From IMG/VR virus record IMGVR_UViG_2609459820_000011, positions 1 to 29,824 of that record: a stretch of DNA of 29,824 nt, one strand, 5' to 3'. Positions 17,071 through 25,418 of the stretch are shown here, piece after piece; the first letter of the stretch is position 1; every line of letters starts with the position of its first letter. This DNA comes from a virus. Its lineage: Duplodnaviria; Heunggongvirae; Uroviricota; Caudoviricetes. Under the pieces are notes generated by a model. It searched no databases and was not told the DNA's origin. It was given only the letters and a program-made list of their open reading frames with translations. The translations under genes were made by a program, and so were the position numbers.

Positions 17071-17407
17071 GTGCCTGAACGTTAAATGCGCTGGTGGTTG
17101 TGAATGCCGACTGCGGCGGTATTTTGGCGTGACGGCGCAGGTGCCGTATACCGATGTCTGGACGCATAAACCGGTGCAGTTCTATCCCGGGAAACATCCG
17201 TGCGAAAAACCGGCAGAAATGCTGCAGCAGATAATCAGCGCTAGCAGTCGTCCGGGTGACCTGATTGCAGATTTTTTCATGGGGTCGGGTTCGACAGTGA
17301 AAGCGGCACTGGCGCTCGGGCGTCGTGCAATTGGCGTTGAGCTGGAGACTGAACGTTTTGAGCAGACGGTTCGGGAAGTACAGGATTTAGTCAGCCAGAA
17401 CGGATGA
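17069..17407 (+). pseudogene. C-terminal remnant of a beta-class N6-adenine/N4-cytosine DNA methyltransferase; no credible start and the N-terminal DPPY region is missing
   Basis: HPCEKPAEMLQQIISASSRPGDLIADFFMGSGSTVKAALALGRRAIGVE matches the C-terminal HP..KP and FxGSG(S/T)T motifs; ORF opens with TTG right after a T-run; first ATG leaves only 63 codons. Confidence 0.55.
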
Positions 17408-17447
17408 TATTGAAGAATTAATTACGCGTCGTTATTATGCGGCTCCC

Positions 17448-17523
17448 GGCCCTTTAGCTCAGTGGTGAGAGCGAGCGACTCATAATCGCCAGGTCGCTGG
17501 TTCAAATCCAGCAAGGGCCACCA
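17448..17523 (+). tRNA. ileZ: tRNA-Ile2 (anticodon CAU, ileX/ileZ-like) with encoded CCA
   Basis: Folded by hand: acceptor GGCCCTT/AAGGGCC, D-arm GCTC-AGTGGTGA-GAGC, anticodon loop CTCATAA, T-loop TTCAAAT, 3' CCA; very similar to E. coli ileX from memory. Confidence 0.85.
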
Positions 17524-17623
17524 TCACAAACCGCCATTAGCTTATCAGGAAGAGCAGACGACGCGATAACAGGGTTGTTGGTGCGGGGGCGGGTCCCCGA
17601 TGGCGGTCCATTATCGGTATTCA

Positions 17624-17697
17624 GCGTTGTTAGCTCAGCCGGACAGAGCAATTGCCTTCTAAGCAATCGGTCACTGGTTCGAATCCAGTACAGCGCG
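17624..17697 (+). tRNA. tRNA-Arg (anticodon UCU)
   Basis: Folded by hand: acceptor GCGTTGT/ACAGCGC (one G-U), anticodon stem ATTGC/GCAAT with loop CTTCTAA, T-arm ACTGG-TTCGAAT-CCAGT. Confidence 0.8.
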
Positions 17698-17837
17698 CTA
17701 TATTCATTCTTCCAGATTCCTTCCGGCAGAGCCTTATACTGAAATATACCTGGCTCAGGATATTGTTGAAAATATTATATGTTTGTCAAAAATAAAAGTT
17801 CTGTTAAGTATTGATTGAGTGTTTGTTATACGGTCTA

Positions 17838-18164
17838 ATGGTTTTTTCAGCATTAAATATTTATCATTCATATGGTGTGGGTAGAGTGAATATTGATGAG
17901 GCGTCGGGGTGTTTCATCCTTAGGCAGCGTATTGATATAGTCAATGCAGCACGAGCAAAGGCCTTCAGCCGTTTGACAGTTTTGTTCTGTACTCCTGATC
18001 GTCTTTCGGGAAGAGACGTTATTATTCTGAATAGTGATGCTATTCAGAGGGTTTGCGATGAGTTCATGGTTGCTAATTCAGAATTATTTGCTCTTGTTCA
18101 GGAGTACAACAGAATAGCCAGGACCTGTGGTATGGATGAACTTCGGATTACTCATCTGGGGTAG
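17838..18164 (+). CDS. Hypothetical protein (108 aa from the first ATG; ORF opens at 17811 with TTG); poor translation signals
   Basis: ORF track; sits at the stx-equivalent position downstream of the tRNAs; no RBS seen. Confidence 0.3.
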   Translation: MVFSALNIYHSYGVGRVNIDEASGCFILRQRIDIVNAARAKAFSRLTVLFCTPDRLSGRDVIILNSDAIQRVCDEFMVANSELFALVQEYNRIARTCGMDELRITHLG

Positions 18165-18556
18165 ATACATATCTGGATTATCACTTGTTACGGTAAAAAG
18201 TGATTGCTTACTGTTTTTGTGAGTGGCATTGCAGCAGCCGGATAATGTCAGTGCTGGCTGACGGTGTGCTGGTGGCGGGTGTGGTGGTTGTTGCTTTCCC
18301 GTTGCTGAAAAAGAAAACGCCAGACTGTTAGCCGGGTATCAGTTAGCGGGAGAAATTTTTAAATACTTCACAATTCAGGCGGTTGACTGTTGTCTGGTTT
18401 GCGGGGAGTTTGTTAAAAGAAACTGGCATGGTGAATCCCCCTGTGCGGAGGGGCAATCAGCGAGTAGGTATATGGGATAATCGCGGATTCAGGTGCTGGT
18501 ACTGAATTCACCGGGAGGCACCCGGCACCATGCAATGGCACATAGCGCCACTCTCC

Positions 18557-18590
18557 AGCCCCTCTCCGGAGGGGCTGTTTATATTGATTT
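18557..18590 (+). terminator. Intrinsic terminator
   Basis: AGCCCCTC tccg GAGGGGCT followed by GTTTATATTGATTTT. Confidence 0.55.
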
Positions 18591-18611
18591 TGTCAGATGT
18601 GAGTAAACTCC

Positions 18612-18947
18612 TTATGGACTTTGTTGTTTTAGTCCATAAGGACATATTTGCAGAGTGCAACGGTTATTAAAGCATTCATTCAATACGTTATCTGTATTTG
18701 TAGGACATTCCTGGCTGTTTTTGATTAAATTCCAGAATGTTTTATTGAATGGTGCTACGTTGTAAATGGTTACAGGTAGCACTTTGTTATTGAGCATGAT
18801 ACCTGTGTGAGTCAGTGTAAATATACTTTCAGGAGGTAAGAAAGCATCCGATTGATACCAGATTATTAATTTTATTTTACTCCATATGACTGAAAAAGAT
18901 ATTCCGCATGATGGCTGGATAACTGTATCAATCACAATCCACTTCAT
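18612..18947 (-). CDS. Hypothetical Cys-containing protein (111 aa) in an AT-rich cargo segment, opposite to late transcription
   Basis: AAGGAAA RBS 5 nt upstream of the ATG; AT-rich upstream region 18950-19190. Confidence 0.5.
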   Translation of the reverse strand: MKWIVIDTVIQPSCGISFSVIWSKIKLIIWYQSDAFLPPESIFTLTHTGIMLNNKVLPVTIYNVAPFNKTFWNLIKNSQECPTNTDNVLNECFNNRCTLQICPYGLKQQSP

Positions 18948-19207
18948 TTAGTTTCCTTGTTTATGTCTTGCTGGTGATGTTCTGAAAAGTATAAATGATA
19001 TTTTTGAATGTAAACCATAGAGCAGAATTATTTTTCTGATGTTGTTTATTGTTTATTTAAATGCAGGGTGGTTTATATCTCGTCTTGTAGTTTATCCATG
19101 CATATCTGCTTGATGATGAGGTTTTTATTTAAGGTATGGTTTTGTGTTTTTTCTGTATTACATGTCAGGTATTTTAAAGAATTATTTTTCAGATGGTGGA
19201 AAGAACC

Positions 19208-21169
19208 ATGGCATTTAAACACTATGATGTTGTCAGGGCGGCATCGCCGTCAGACCTTGCGAAACGACTGACACAAAAACTGAAGGAGGGGTGGCAGCCA
19301 TTTGGCAGTCCGGTGGCCATCACGCCTTATACCCTGATGCAGGCCATTGCGGCGGAAGGTGATGTCACCACACCTGTGGTGGTGAAGCCGTCGGATGGAG
19401 AAGGCGCAGTTATCAGCACCACCAGCAACCCGGAGTATTACTTTGTTGTTGCCCTGGCCGGGCAGTCAAACGGTATGGCGTATGGTGAAGGGCTTCCGCT
19501 GCCGGAGACATATGACCGTCCGGACCCGCGTATTAAACAGCTGGCGCGTCGCAGCACTGTCACGCCGGGTGGTGCGTCCTGTAACTACAATGACATTATT
19601 CCTGCGGACCACTGCCTGCATGATGTTCAGGATTTGAGTAAGTTTTCACACCCGAAAGCCAGCGCAGCTCAGTATGGATGCGTGGGGCAGGGATTACATA
19701 TCGCGAAGAAATTGTTGCCGTTTATTCCGGCGAATGCCGGTATTCTTCTGGTTCCGTGCTGCCGTGGTGGTTCTGCATTTTTGGCGGGCGATGAAGGTAC
19801 CTTCAGCGAATCCACCGGCGCAAGCGAGACCTCGGCACGCTGGGGTGTTGATAAGCCACTGTACAAGGACCTGCTTACCCGTACTCAGGCCGCACTGAAG
19901 GCCAACCCTAAAAATATTCTGCTTGCAGTGGTCTGGATGCAGGGCGAGTTTGATTTGAAACAGGGTGCATACGCCACTCAGCCGGGGCTGTTTGATTCCA
20001 TGGTGGAAAAATATCGTTCTGACCTGTCGGAATTCGGAGGTCAGTGTCTCGGGGGCTCTCCGTCATCGGTTCCCTGGATTTGTGGCGACACGACCTACTA
20101 CTGGAAGCAGACTTATTCTTCGCAATACGATGCGGTGTATGGTGCATACAAGACGAAATCCGCAAAAAAAATCTTCTTTGTGCCGTTTATGACGGATGAA
20201 AACGGGCGAAATGTGGGTACCAACGAGCCGTCAGAAGATCCGGATGTTGCGGATATTGGGTATTACGGAGCCGGTGGTCGAACGGACGCCAAAACCTGGA
20301 CGACGGCCGACCGTAAAACGCATTTTGGATCATGGGCACGTCGTGGGATTATTTCCGACCGTCTGGCAACGGCGATTCTTGTGCATGCCGGGAGAAACGC
20401 TGAATTCATTACCGGAAAACAGCCTGATACGGTGAAGCCCACCGGACCTTCCGGTGAAGGTACGGAGAGAGAGCCGGAAGCCCCGGTCAGTAACCGAACC
20501 CTGATGAGTCTGCTGGCGTCCGGCGAAGACCTGGCATCACAGGGCTGGCGCTATTATCACAAACCGGCGAGCGGAGACAATGTTAACAAAAACATTGCTG
20601 AAGCGGTGGTCAGTGATGCGGGGGCTACGGGAGGTAAGGCCCTGCAACTGAATAAACCGGAAAACCACATCTGGTTTCTGGAGCATGATGCAGCCGGACA
20701 GGGAGTGGAGTTACTGAAGAAGGGGGGACGTGTGAGCGTACGGTTTAAGTTGCCGGGTTCACTGGTGCCGAATCAGTTTGCCCTGGGCATTTACTGGCAG
20801 TTGTCGTCCCTGCCGGAGGGAGTGACGCTGGCAGAGGAAGGCAACGACATGCTGATGTCCTTCTTTCTGCAGACGGATGCGACGAACCTGAACGCGATGC
20901 ACCACAAGAAGCCGAATGCGAAGCTGGAAACGTTCGGGGTCTTTGATAACGGATGGCACACACTGGCTTTTGAGTTTGCCGGAAACAACAGCATTCAGGT
21001 GACGCCGGTACTGGATGAGAAACGGGGGACGCCGTTCACACTGGTGAAATCTCCGGCATCAGGGGCGGCGGACAAACTGCAACTGACAGGCATATCAAAG
21101 GCGGCGACATATACGCTGCTGATTGACAGTGTGAAGGTGGAAGTGAACAACGCGGACATCGCGGCATGA
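19208..21169 (+). CDS. nanS-p: Prophage NanS-p-type sialate O-acetylesterase (DUF1737 N-terminal domain plus SGNH/SASA esterase domain plus C-terminal domain)
   Basis: N-terminus MAFKHYDVVRAASPSDLAKRLTQKLKEGWQPFG; GQSN esterase motif (VALAGQSNGMAYGE); position upstream of the holin, as in Stx-type phages. Confidence 0.8.
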   Translation: MAFKHYDVVRAASPSDLAKRLTQKLKEGWQPFGSPVAITPYTLMQAIAAEGDVTTPVVVKPSDGEGAVISTTSNPEYYFVVALAGQSNGMAYGEGLPLPETYDRPDPRIKQLARRSTVTPGGASCNYNDIIPADHCLHDVQDLSKFSHPKASAAQYGCVGQGLHIAKKLLPFIPANAGILLVPCCRGGSAFLAGDEGTFSESTGASETSARWGVDKPLYKDLLTRTQAALKANPKNILLAVVWMQGEFDLKQGAYATQPGLFDSMVEKYRSDLSEFGGQCLGGSPSSVPWICGDTTYYWKQTYSSQYDAVYGAYKTKSAKKIFFVPFMTDENGRNVGTNEPSEDPDVADIGYYGAGGRTDAKTWTTADRKTHFGSWARRGIISDRLATAILVHAGRNAEFITGKQPDTVKPTGPSGEGTEREPEAPVSNRTLMSLLASGEDLASQGWRYYHKPASGDNVNKNIAEAVVSDAGATGGKALQLNKPENHIWFLEHDAAGQGVELLKKGGRVSVRFKLPGSLVPNQFALGIYWQLSSLPEGVTLAEEGNDMLMSFFLQTDATNLNAMHHKKPNAKLETFGVFDNGWHTLAFEFAGNNSIQVTPVLDEKRGTPFTLVKSPASGAADKLQLTGISKAATYTLLIDSVKVEVNNADIAA

Positions 21170-21525
21170 TAAAAAAAGCCGCCAGCGGCAGGAATGGAAG
21201 CTGGCGGAGGTAATCCCAATGGAGAATGTAAAGAAAAGATGCTTTCGACATCAATCATTTCTAAATGAAAACAGTTCTCATTGTCAACCATAACGGTAAG
21301 AAATTATGACATTTATTCATCAGGTAATGCTGTACTTCTGTATGGCAGTCTGTGTTATGTATCTTCTTTCGGGTGGGTACAGGGCAGTGCGCGATTTCTG
21401 GCGCAGGCAGATTGATAAAAGGGCCGCTGAGAGAATCAGCGCCAGTCAGTCAGCCGGAAGCAAACCCGAAGATCCGCTCATTCCGTAGTCACTTTCTTGA
21501 CAACACCTTTCAACGAGAAAATCCC

Positions 21526-21771
21526 ATGTCAGAAATCACATCCCTGGTCACTGCTGAGGCAGTGAAGGAAGTCCTGCGCTCTGAAGAAGTCCTGAGCGCA
21601 CTGAAACAGAAACTCCGCCAGAACCTTGAGTCGCGTCTTGATGCAGAAGTGGATGCCATTCTGGATGAGCTGCTGGGCGTACCAGCGGTTCCGGAGCCGG
21701 AAGGTATCGCGGGTGACGGGAGTGCTTCAGATGGCGGTGAACCCACACCTGACAGCGACATGATGATGTAA
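21526..21771 (+). CDS. Hypothetical acidic protein (81 aa)
   Basis: ORF between nanS-p and the holin; weak RBS. Confidence 0.4.
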   Translation: MSEITSLVTAEAVKEVLRSEEVLSALKQKLRQNLESRLDAEVDAILDELLGVPAVPEPEGIAGDGSASDGGEPTPDSDMMM

Positions 21772-21847
21772 GCCTGCGCAAGGGACCATCGGTGTGTGCC
21801 GGTGGTCTTTATATTGTTGTGAGCTTCCGGATAACGGGAGACGGGGT

Positions 21848-22063
21848 ATGTACCAGATGGAAAAAATCACAACAGGTGTGTCATACACCACGTCAGCGGT
21901 GGGAACGGGCTACTGGTTCCTGCAGTTGCTGGACAGGGTTTCCCCGTCTCAGTGGGCGGCAATAGGCGTGCTGGGGAGTCTGCTGTTTGGGCTGCTGACG
22001 TACCTGACTAACCTGTATTTCAAAATCAAAGAGGACCGGCGTAAGGCGGCGCGGGGAGAGTAA
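21848..22063 (+). CDS. Class II holin, phage 21 S-like (pinholin type) with dual start motif (Met1/Met4)
   Basis: 71 aa [10 protein letters not shown]...[50 protein letters not shown]; two TM segments; GGAGACGGGG RBS; resembles S21 from memory. Confidence 0.85.
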   Translation: MYQMEKITTGVSYTTSAVGTGYWFLQLLDRVSPSQWAAIGVLGSLLFGLLTYLTNLYFKIKEDRRKAARGE

Positions 22064-22067
22064 AGTG

Positions 22068-22874
22068 ATGAATAAAAAATATGAACTGGTTGTTAAGGGG
22101 ATAAATAATTACGGGGATAAGGTTACTGTTACTGTGAAGCCGGAAGGTGACGGGCAAGCGTCGCTGTTGTTGCCAGATGTGGCGATTAGTCTTGACCGTA
22201 CTGAAGGTGCCACGCTGGAGTTTTACGAAGCTGAGGCGAAAAAGCAGGCGAAGCAGTTTTTCATGGATGTTGCTGCCGGGTTATGTGAATGGAACGAACC
22301 GTTGCCGGAAAAGCGCCCCGTAATTTTAGAGGCGCAGGATGTGTTGATAACCTACAAAGGAAAGCTACCGGGAAGAATTACTTGTTCTCTGAAGATGCCG
22401 CCGTCAACACTGCGGTCAGAAAAAGAGGCGTCTTGTCTGCAGTCTGAGTACTCCATTACGGTTAAAAGTGCCGGAGAGGAAGGAAATAAACGTTATTTTA
22501 TTGCGTCTGCACCTGATAAAGATCAGGAATGGGAGTGTAACCGGCCATCCTTTGTTGTATACGGAGATGGCGGGAAAATAACCATCTCAGAAAATGGGAA
22601 ATTAACACCGCCATCGCACCAGCATAGTGAGGCGCTCATTGAATTTGCCATTGATTACCTGAAGAACAATAAAAAGCAGGGGCTGATGAAGCGCATTGGT
22701 CGTTGCATGGGATATCTGCAGGTAGCAGCTGAGATTGAAATGATGGCCAGTGGTGCTGACAATGATGCAGTTGTGCTGGAGGCTCTTCTGCGTGATTTTG
22801 ATAATACGCCCTTTAAGAAAGCACCTGTTGACTGGATGCAGCCGGGGATGACTTATCTGAAAGGGCGTATATAA
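22068..22874 (+). CDS. Hypothetical soluble protein (268 aa) inserted between holin and endolysin
   Basis: ATG 5 nt after the holin stop with GGAGAG RBS; no TM segment; no recognisable motif. Confidence 0.6.
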   Translation: MNKKYELVVKGINNYGDKVTVTVKPEGDGQASLLLPDVAISLDRTEGATLEFYEAEAKKQAKQFFMDVAAGLCEWNEPLPEKRPVILEAQDVLITYKGKLPGRITCSLKMPPSTLRSEKEASCLQSEYSITVKSAGEEGNKRYFIASAPDKDQEWECNRPSFVVYGDGGKITISENGKLTPPSHQHSEALIEFAIDYLKNNKKQGLMKRIGRCMGYLQVAAEIEMMASGADNDAVVLEALLRDFDNTPFKKAPVDWMQPGMTYLKGRI

Positions 22875-22883
22875 GGTGGCTCG

Positions 22884-23198
22884 TTATCTGTTGCTGGATA
22901 ATCGACTGAAGATGCGTTCTTTTTGTGTTTTTGCGTAATGATTGTCCCACTCACAATCAAGGTAGCTTAATTCTTCATTCAACCAGTTATTTATATTGGT
23001 CTTAATACGCATAAGCATGGGCTGTGTTAATGCTCTGGCGATAATGCCGAGAGTCACAGGTGTGAGATGTCCATACGGCTCAGCCTGAATGGATTTTACT
23101 GCATCGTGTTCTTGTGGGAGGAGTAAGAGGCACTCTGATTTTACCCGCTCATTTATGGCTTGCAGGCATAAATCATAATTATGTTGATCGTTATGCAT
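22884..23198 (-). CDS. Hypothetical protein (104 aa), convergent with the preceding gene and antisense to late transcription
   Basis: AGAGGA RBS 7 nt upstream of the ATG; stop is 9 nt from the stop of the 268-aa gene. Confidence 0.5.
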   Translation of the reverse strand: MHNDQHNYDLCLQAINERVKSECLLLLPQEHDAVKSIQAEPYGHLTPVTLGIIARALTQPMLMRIKTNINNWLNEELSYLDCEWDNHYAKTQKERIFSRLSSNR

Positions 23199-23326
23199 GG
23201 TTAATCCTCTACTGAAATTGTCAGATATATTTCAGCCATCAGGAAAAACGCCAGTGTCCTACCGCTGGCGGGCTGAAGATTTAACATATCCAGGGATTCG
23301 GAACCGATAAATCCTGATAAATATCC

Positions 23327-23860
23327 ATGAACACCAAAATCAAATATGGCCTGTCGGCTGCCGTTCTGGCGTTGATTGCCATCGGTGCGCCTGCGCCTGA
23401 TATTCTCGACCAGTTTCTGGATGAAAAAGAAGGTAACCACACAACGGCATACCGTGATGGTGCGGGTATCTGGACCATCTGCCGCGGTGCCACAATGGTG
23501 GATGGTAAACCTGTTATTCCGGGCATGAAACTGTCGAAGGAAAAATGCGACCAGGTTAATGCCATTGAACGGGATAAGGCGCTGGCATGGGTGGAGCGCA
23601 ATATTAAAGTTCCACTGACCGAACCACAGAAAGCGGGTATAGCGTCATTCTGTCCCTATAACATTGGCCCCGGTAAGTGTTTCCCGTCGACGTTTTATAA
23701 GCGGCTGAATGCTGGTGACCGCAGGGGAGCGTGTGAGGCGATTCGCTGGTGGATTAAGGACGGTGGCAGGGACTGCCGTATTCGCTCAAATAACTGTTAC
23801 GGTCAGGTATCCCGTCGTGACCAGGAGAGCGCGCTGGCGTGCTGGGGAATCGACAGATAA
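23327..23860 (+). CDS. R: SAR endolysin (GH24 lysozyme with N-terminal signal-anchor-release domain)
   Basis: N-terminal hydrophobic YGLSAAVLALIAIGAPA; catalytic-region motif EGNHTTAYRDGAGIWTICRG. Confidence 0.85.
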   Translation: MNTKIKYGLSAAVLALIAIGAPAPDILDQFLDEKEGNHTTAYRDGAGIWTICRGATMVDGKPVIPGMKLSKEKCDQVNAIERDKALAWVERNIKVPLTEPQKAGIASFCPYNIGPGKCFPSTFYKRLNAGDRRGACEAIRWWIKDGGRDCRIRSNNCYGQVSRRDQESALACWGIDR

Positions 23861-23952
23861 GCAGAATATTTTGCTAATAAATGACGTTGGCCAAGGCGGA
23901 CGGATAACACGAAATCCTGCGAACTGGCAAAATGTAAGTGAATAAAAGTAAA

Positions 23953-23990
23953 AACCCCGTTTGTTGGCAGCAAGCGGGGTTTTGTTTTTA
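23953..23990 (+). terminator. Strong intrinsic terminator downstream of the endolysin
   Basis: AACCCCGTTTG ttggcag CAAGCGGGGTT followed by TTGTTTTTA. Confidence 0.6.
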
Positions 23991-24054
23991 TGGCAGTAAG
24001 CTATGGGAGGCTGCCTTGATTGATTTTAGCAAACTGATTAGGGAGTTGCGACTC

Positions 24055-24150
24055 ATGATTAGTCAATTACCAAACTGGAAATTTTTGCTGGTCTGGAGCA
24101 TCCCTTTTTTATGGGTAGTATCCCAGTTAATTGTGGCAATTAAGGGGTAG
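24055..24150 (+). CDS. Small hydrophobic peptide A (31 aa)
   Basis: MISQLPNWKFLLVWSIPFLWVVSQLIVAIKG; AGGGAG 10 nt upstream. Confidence 0.3.
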   Translation: MISQLPNWKFLLVWSIPFLWVVSQLIVAIKG

Positions 24151-24152
24151 CT

Positions 24153-24284
24153 ATGTCAGACAAACTCATAACGCCGGCAAAGGTCCTGTGTGTGATTGTC
24201 GGTATTTCATTTTCACTAATGCTGGTTGCTCTTTTTCTGTCCCTCGCCTGGGTGATGTTGTCTTCGTCGGGGCTGCTGGGGTGA
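24153..24284 (+). CDS. Small membrane peptide B (43 aa)
   Basis: MSDKLITPAKVLCVIVGISFSLMLVALFLSLAWVMLSSSGLLG; AAGGGG RBS 5-6 nt upstream. Confidence 0.35.
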   Translation: MSDKLITPAKVLCVIVGISFSLMLVALFLSLAWVMLSSSGLLG

Positions 24285-24403
24285 CAGTGACTGATGACAT
24301 CAGCAGAGCGCTGGCTTTTGCTATTAAGTGGGTGGCTGTTGGTATTGCTGTGTCTCCGATGCTGTATGGGCTGGCAAAACTGGTCATTGCGCTGAAATCG
24401 TGA
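24281..24403 (+). CDS. Small membrane peptide C (~40 aa, GTG start), paralog of peptide D
   Basis: VTVTDDISRALAFAIKWVAVGIAVSPMLYGLAKLVIALKS; shares the RA(L/M)AFAI(K/R)xVA motif with peptide D. Confidence 0.3.
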   Translation: MTVTDDISRALAFAIKWVAVGIAVSPMLYGLAKLVIALKS

Positions 24404-24414
24404 ACTTTAAAAAG

Positions 24415-24501
24415 ATGAGTGCTGAACTTATTCGGGCAATGGCATTTGCCATTCGTATTGTGGCCATTGCTGTTCTGGTCTGGGCAATCCGTTGGTGGTG
24501 A
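24415..24501 (+). CDS. Small membrane peptide D (28 aa), paralog of peptide C; stop is 1 nt before the Rz start
   Basis: [28 protein letters not shown]. Confidence 0.3.
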   Translation: MSAELIRAMAFAIRIVAIAVLVWAIRWW

Positions 24502-24502
24502 T

Positions 24503-24970
24503 ATGAACCGTGTTCTGTGTGTGGTGATTATTGTCCTGCTGGTAGCCTGTGGTGTGCTTAGTCTGGGGCTGAATCATTACCGCGATAACGCCATCACCTA
24601 CAAAGCGCAGCGCGATAAAAAAGTCAGTGAGCTGAAACTGGCGAACGCGACAATTACTGATATGCAGATACGCCAGCGTGATGTCGCTGAACTTGATGCC
24701 AGATACTCGAGGGAATTAGCCGATGCGAGAGCTGAAAATGAAACTCTGCGTGCTGATGTTGCCGCTGGTCGTAAGCGCCTGCGGATCAACGCCACCTGCT
24801 CCGGTACCGTGCGTGAAGCCACCGGCACCTCCGGCGTGGATAATGCAACCGGCCCCCGACTGGCAGACACCGCTGAACGGGATTATTTCATCCTCAGAGA
24901 ACGGTTGATGACAATGCAGAAGCAGCTGGAAGGGGCACAGGACTATATCCGCACTCAGTGCCTGAACTAA
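24503..24970 (+). CDS. rz: Rz i-spanin
   Basis: N-terminal TM anchor [23 protein letters not shown] then coiled-coil region; Rz1 embedded in the +1 frame. Confidence 0.8.
   Translation: MNRVLCVVIIVLLVACGVLSLGLNHYRDNAITYKAQRDKKVSELKLANATITDMQIRQRDVAELDARYSRELADARAENETLRADVAAGRKRLRINATCSGTVREATGTSGVDNATGPRLADTAERDYFILRERLMTMQKQLEGAQDYIRTQCLN
24738..24908 (+). CDS. rz1: Rz1 o-spanin (proline-rich lipoprotein embedded within Rz)
   Basis: [15 protein letters not shown] lipobox then proline-rich [16 protein letters not shown]. Confidence 0.7.
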   Translation: MKLCVLMLPLVVSACGSTPPAPVPCVKPPAPPAWIMQPAPDWQTPLNGIISSSENG

Positions 24971-25179
24971 GTTTTGCTGATGCACCGTATCGTCGCTGTA
25001 TTCCCTCATTAACAGAGACCGCAGCCCGACAGGGAGACTCCTCTGCGCGAGTGTGCGGGGATAATCAAAAACGATACACACCGGGGTTTACCGCGTTAAC
25101 GGAGCGCGGCGTTGTCCCCTCATAGTCGCCAGTCCGGTGCGATGGTGGAAGAAACCGGACTACATTGAAAATGATAACC

Positions 25180-25400
25180 ATTATCATTTTTGCGGGTCCT
25201 TTCCGGCGATCCGGGCCGTTACGGGGCGGCGACCTCGCGGGTTTTCGCTATTTATGAAAATTTTCCGGGAACCATGTCCGGTTTCTCTTCAAGTTAACTA
25301 TATGAAAAATAAAAAAAGAGGTCTTCTGTGAACCGGACATGCACAAAAAATAGACATGTAAGCCGGACATGACCGGTTTTGTTGTGATTGTGAAGTGAGA
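25180..25400. other. cos site (cosN with flanking cosB-like repeats)
   Basis: ACGGGGCGGCGACCTCGCGGGTTTTCGCTATTTATGAAAATTTTCCGG matches the lambda cohesive-end region from memory (cosN GGGCGGCGACCT at 25224-25235); three CCGGACATG-type repeats between cosN and the Nu1 start. Confidence 0.7.
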
Positions 25401-25418
25401 GTTTTTGCGAGGTGAGGA

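Noticed and set aside
17524-17623. Possible third tRNA between tRNA-Ile2 and tRNA-Arg
   Set aside because: An acceptor-like 8-bp pairing (ACCGCCAT with ATGGCGGT) followed by CCA is present, but no anticodon arm or T-loop (TTCRANY) folds by hand; at most a degraded tRNA remnant
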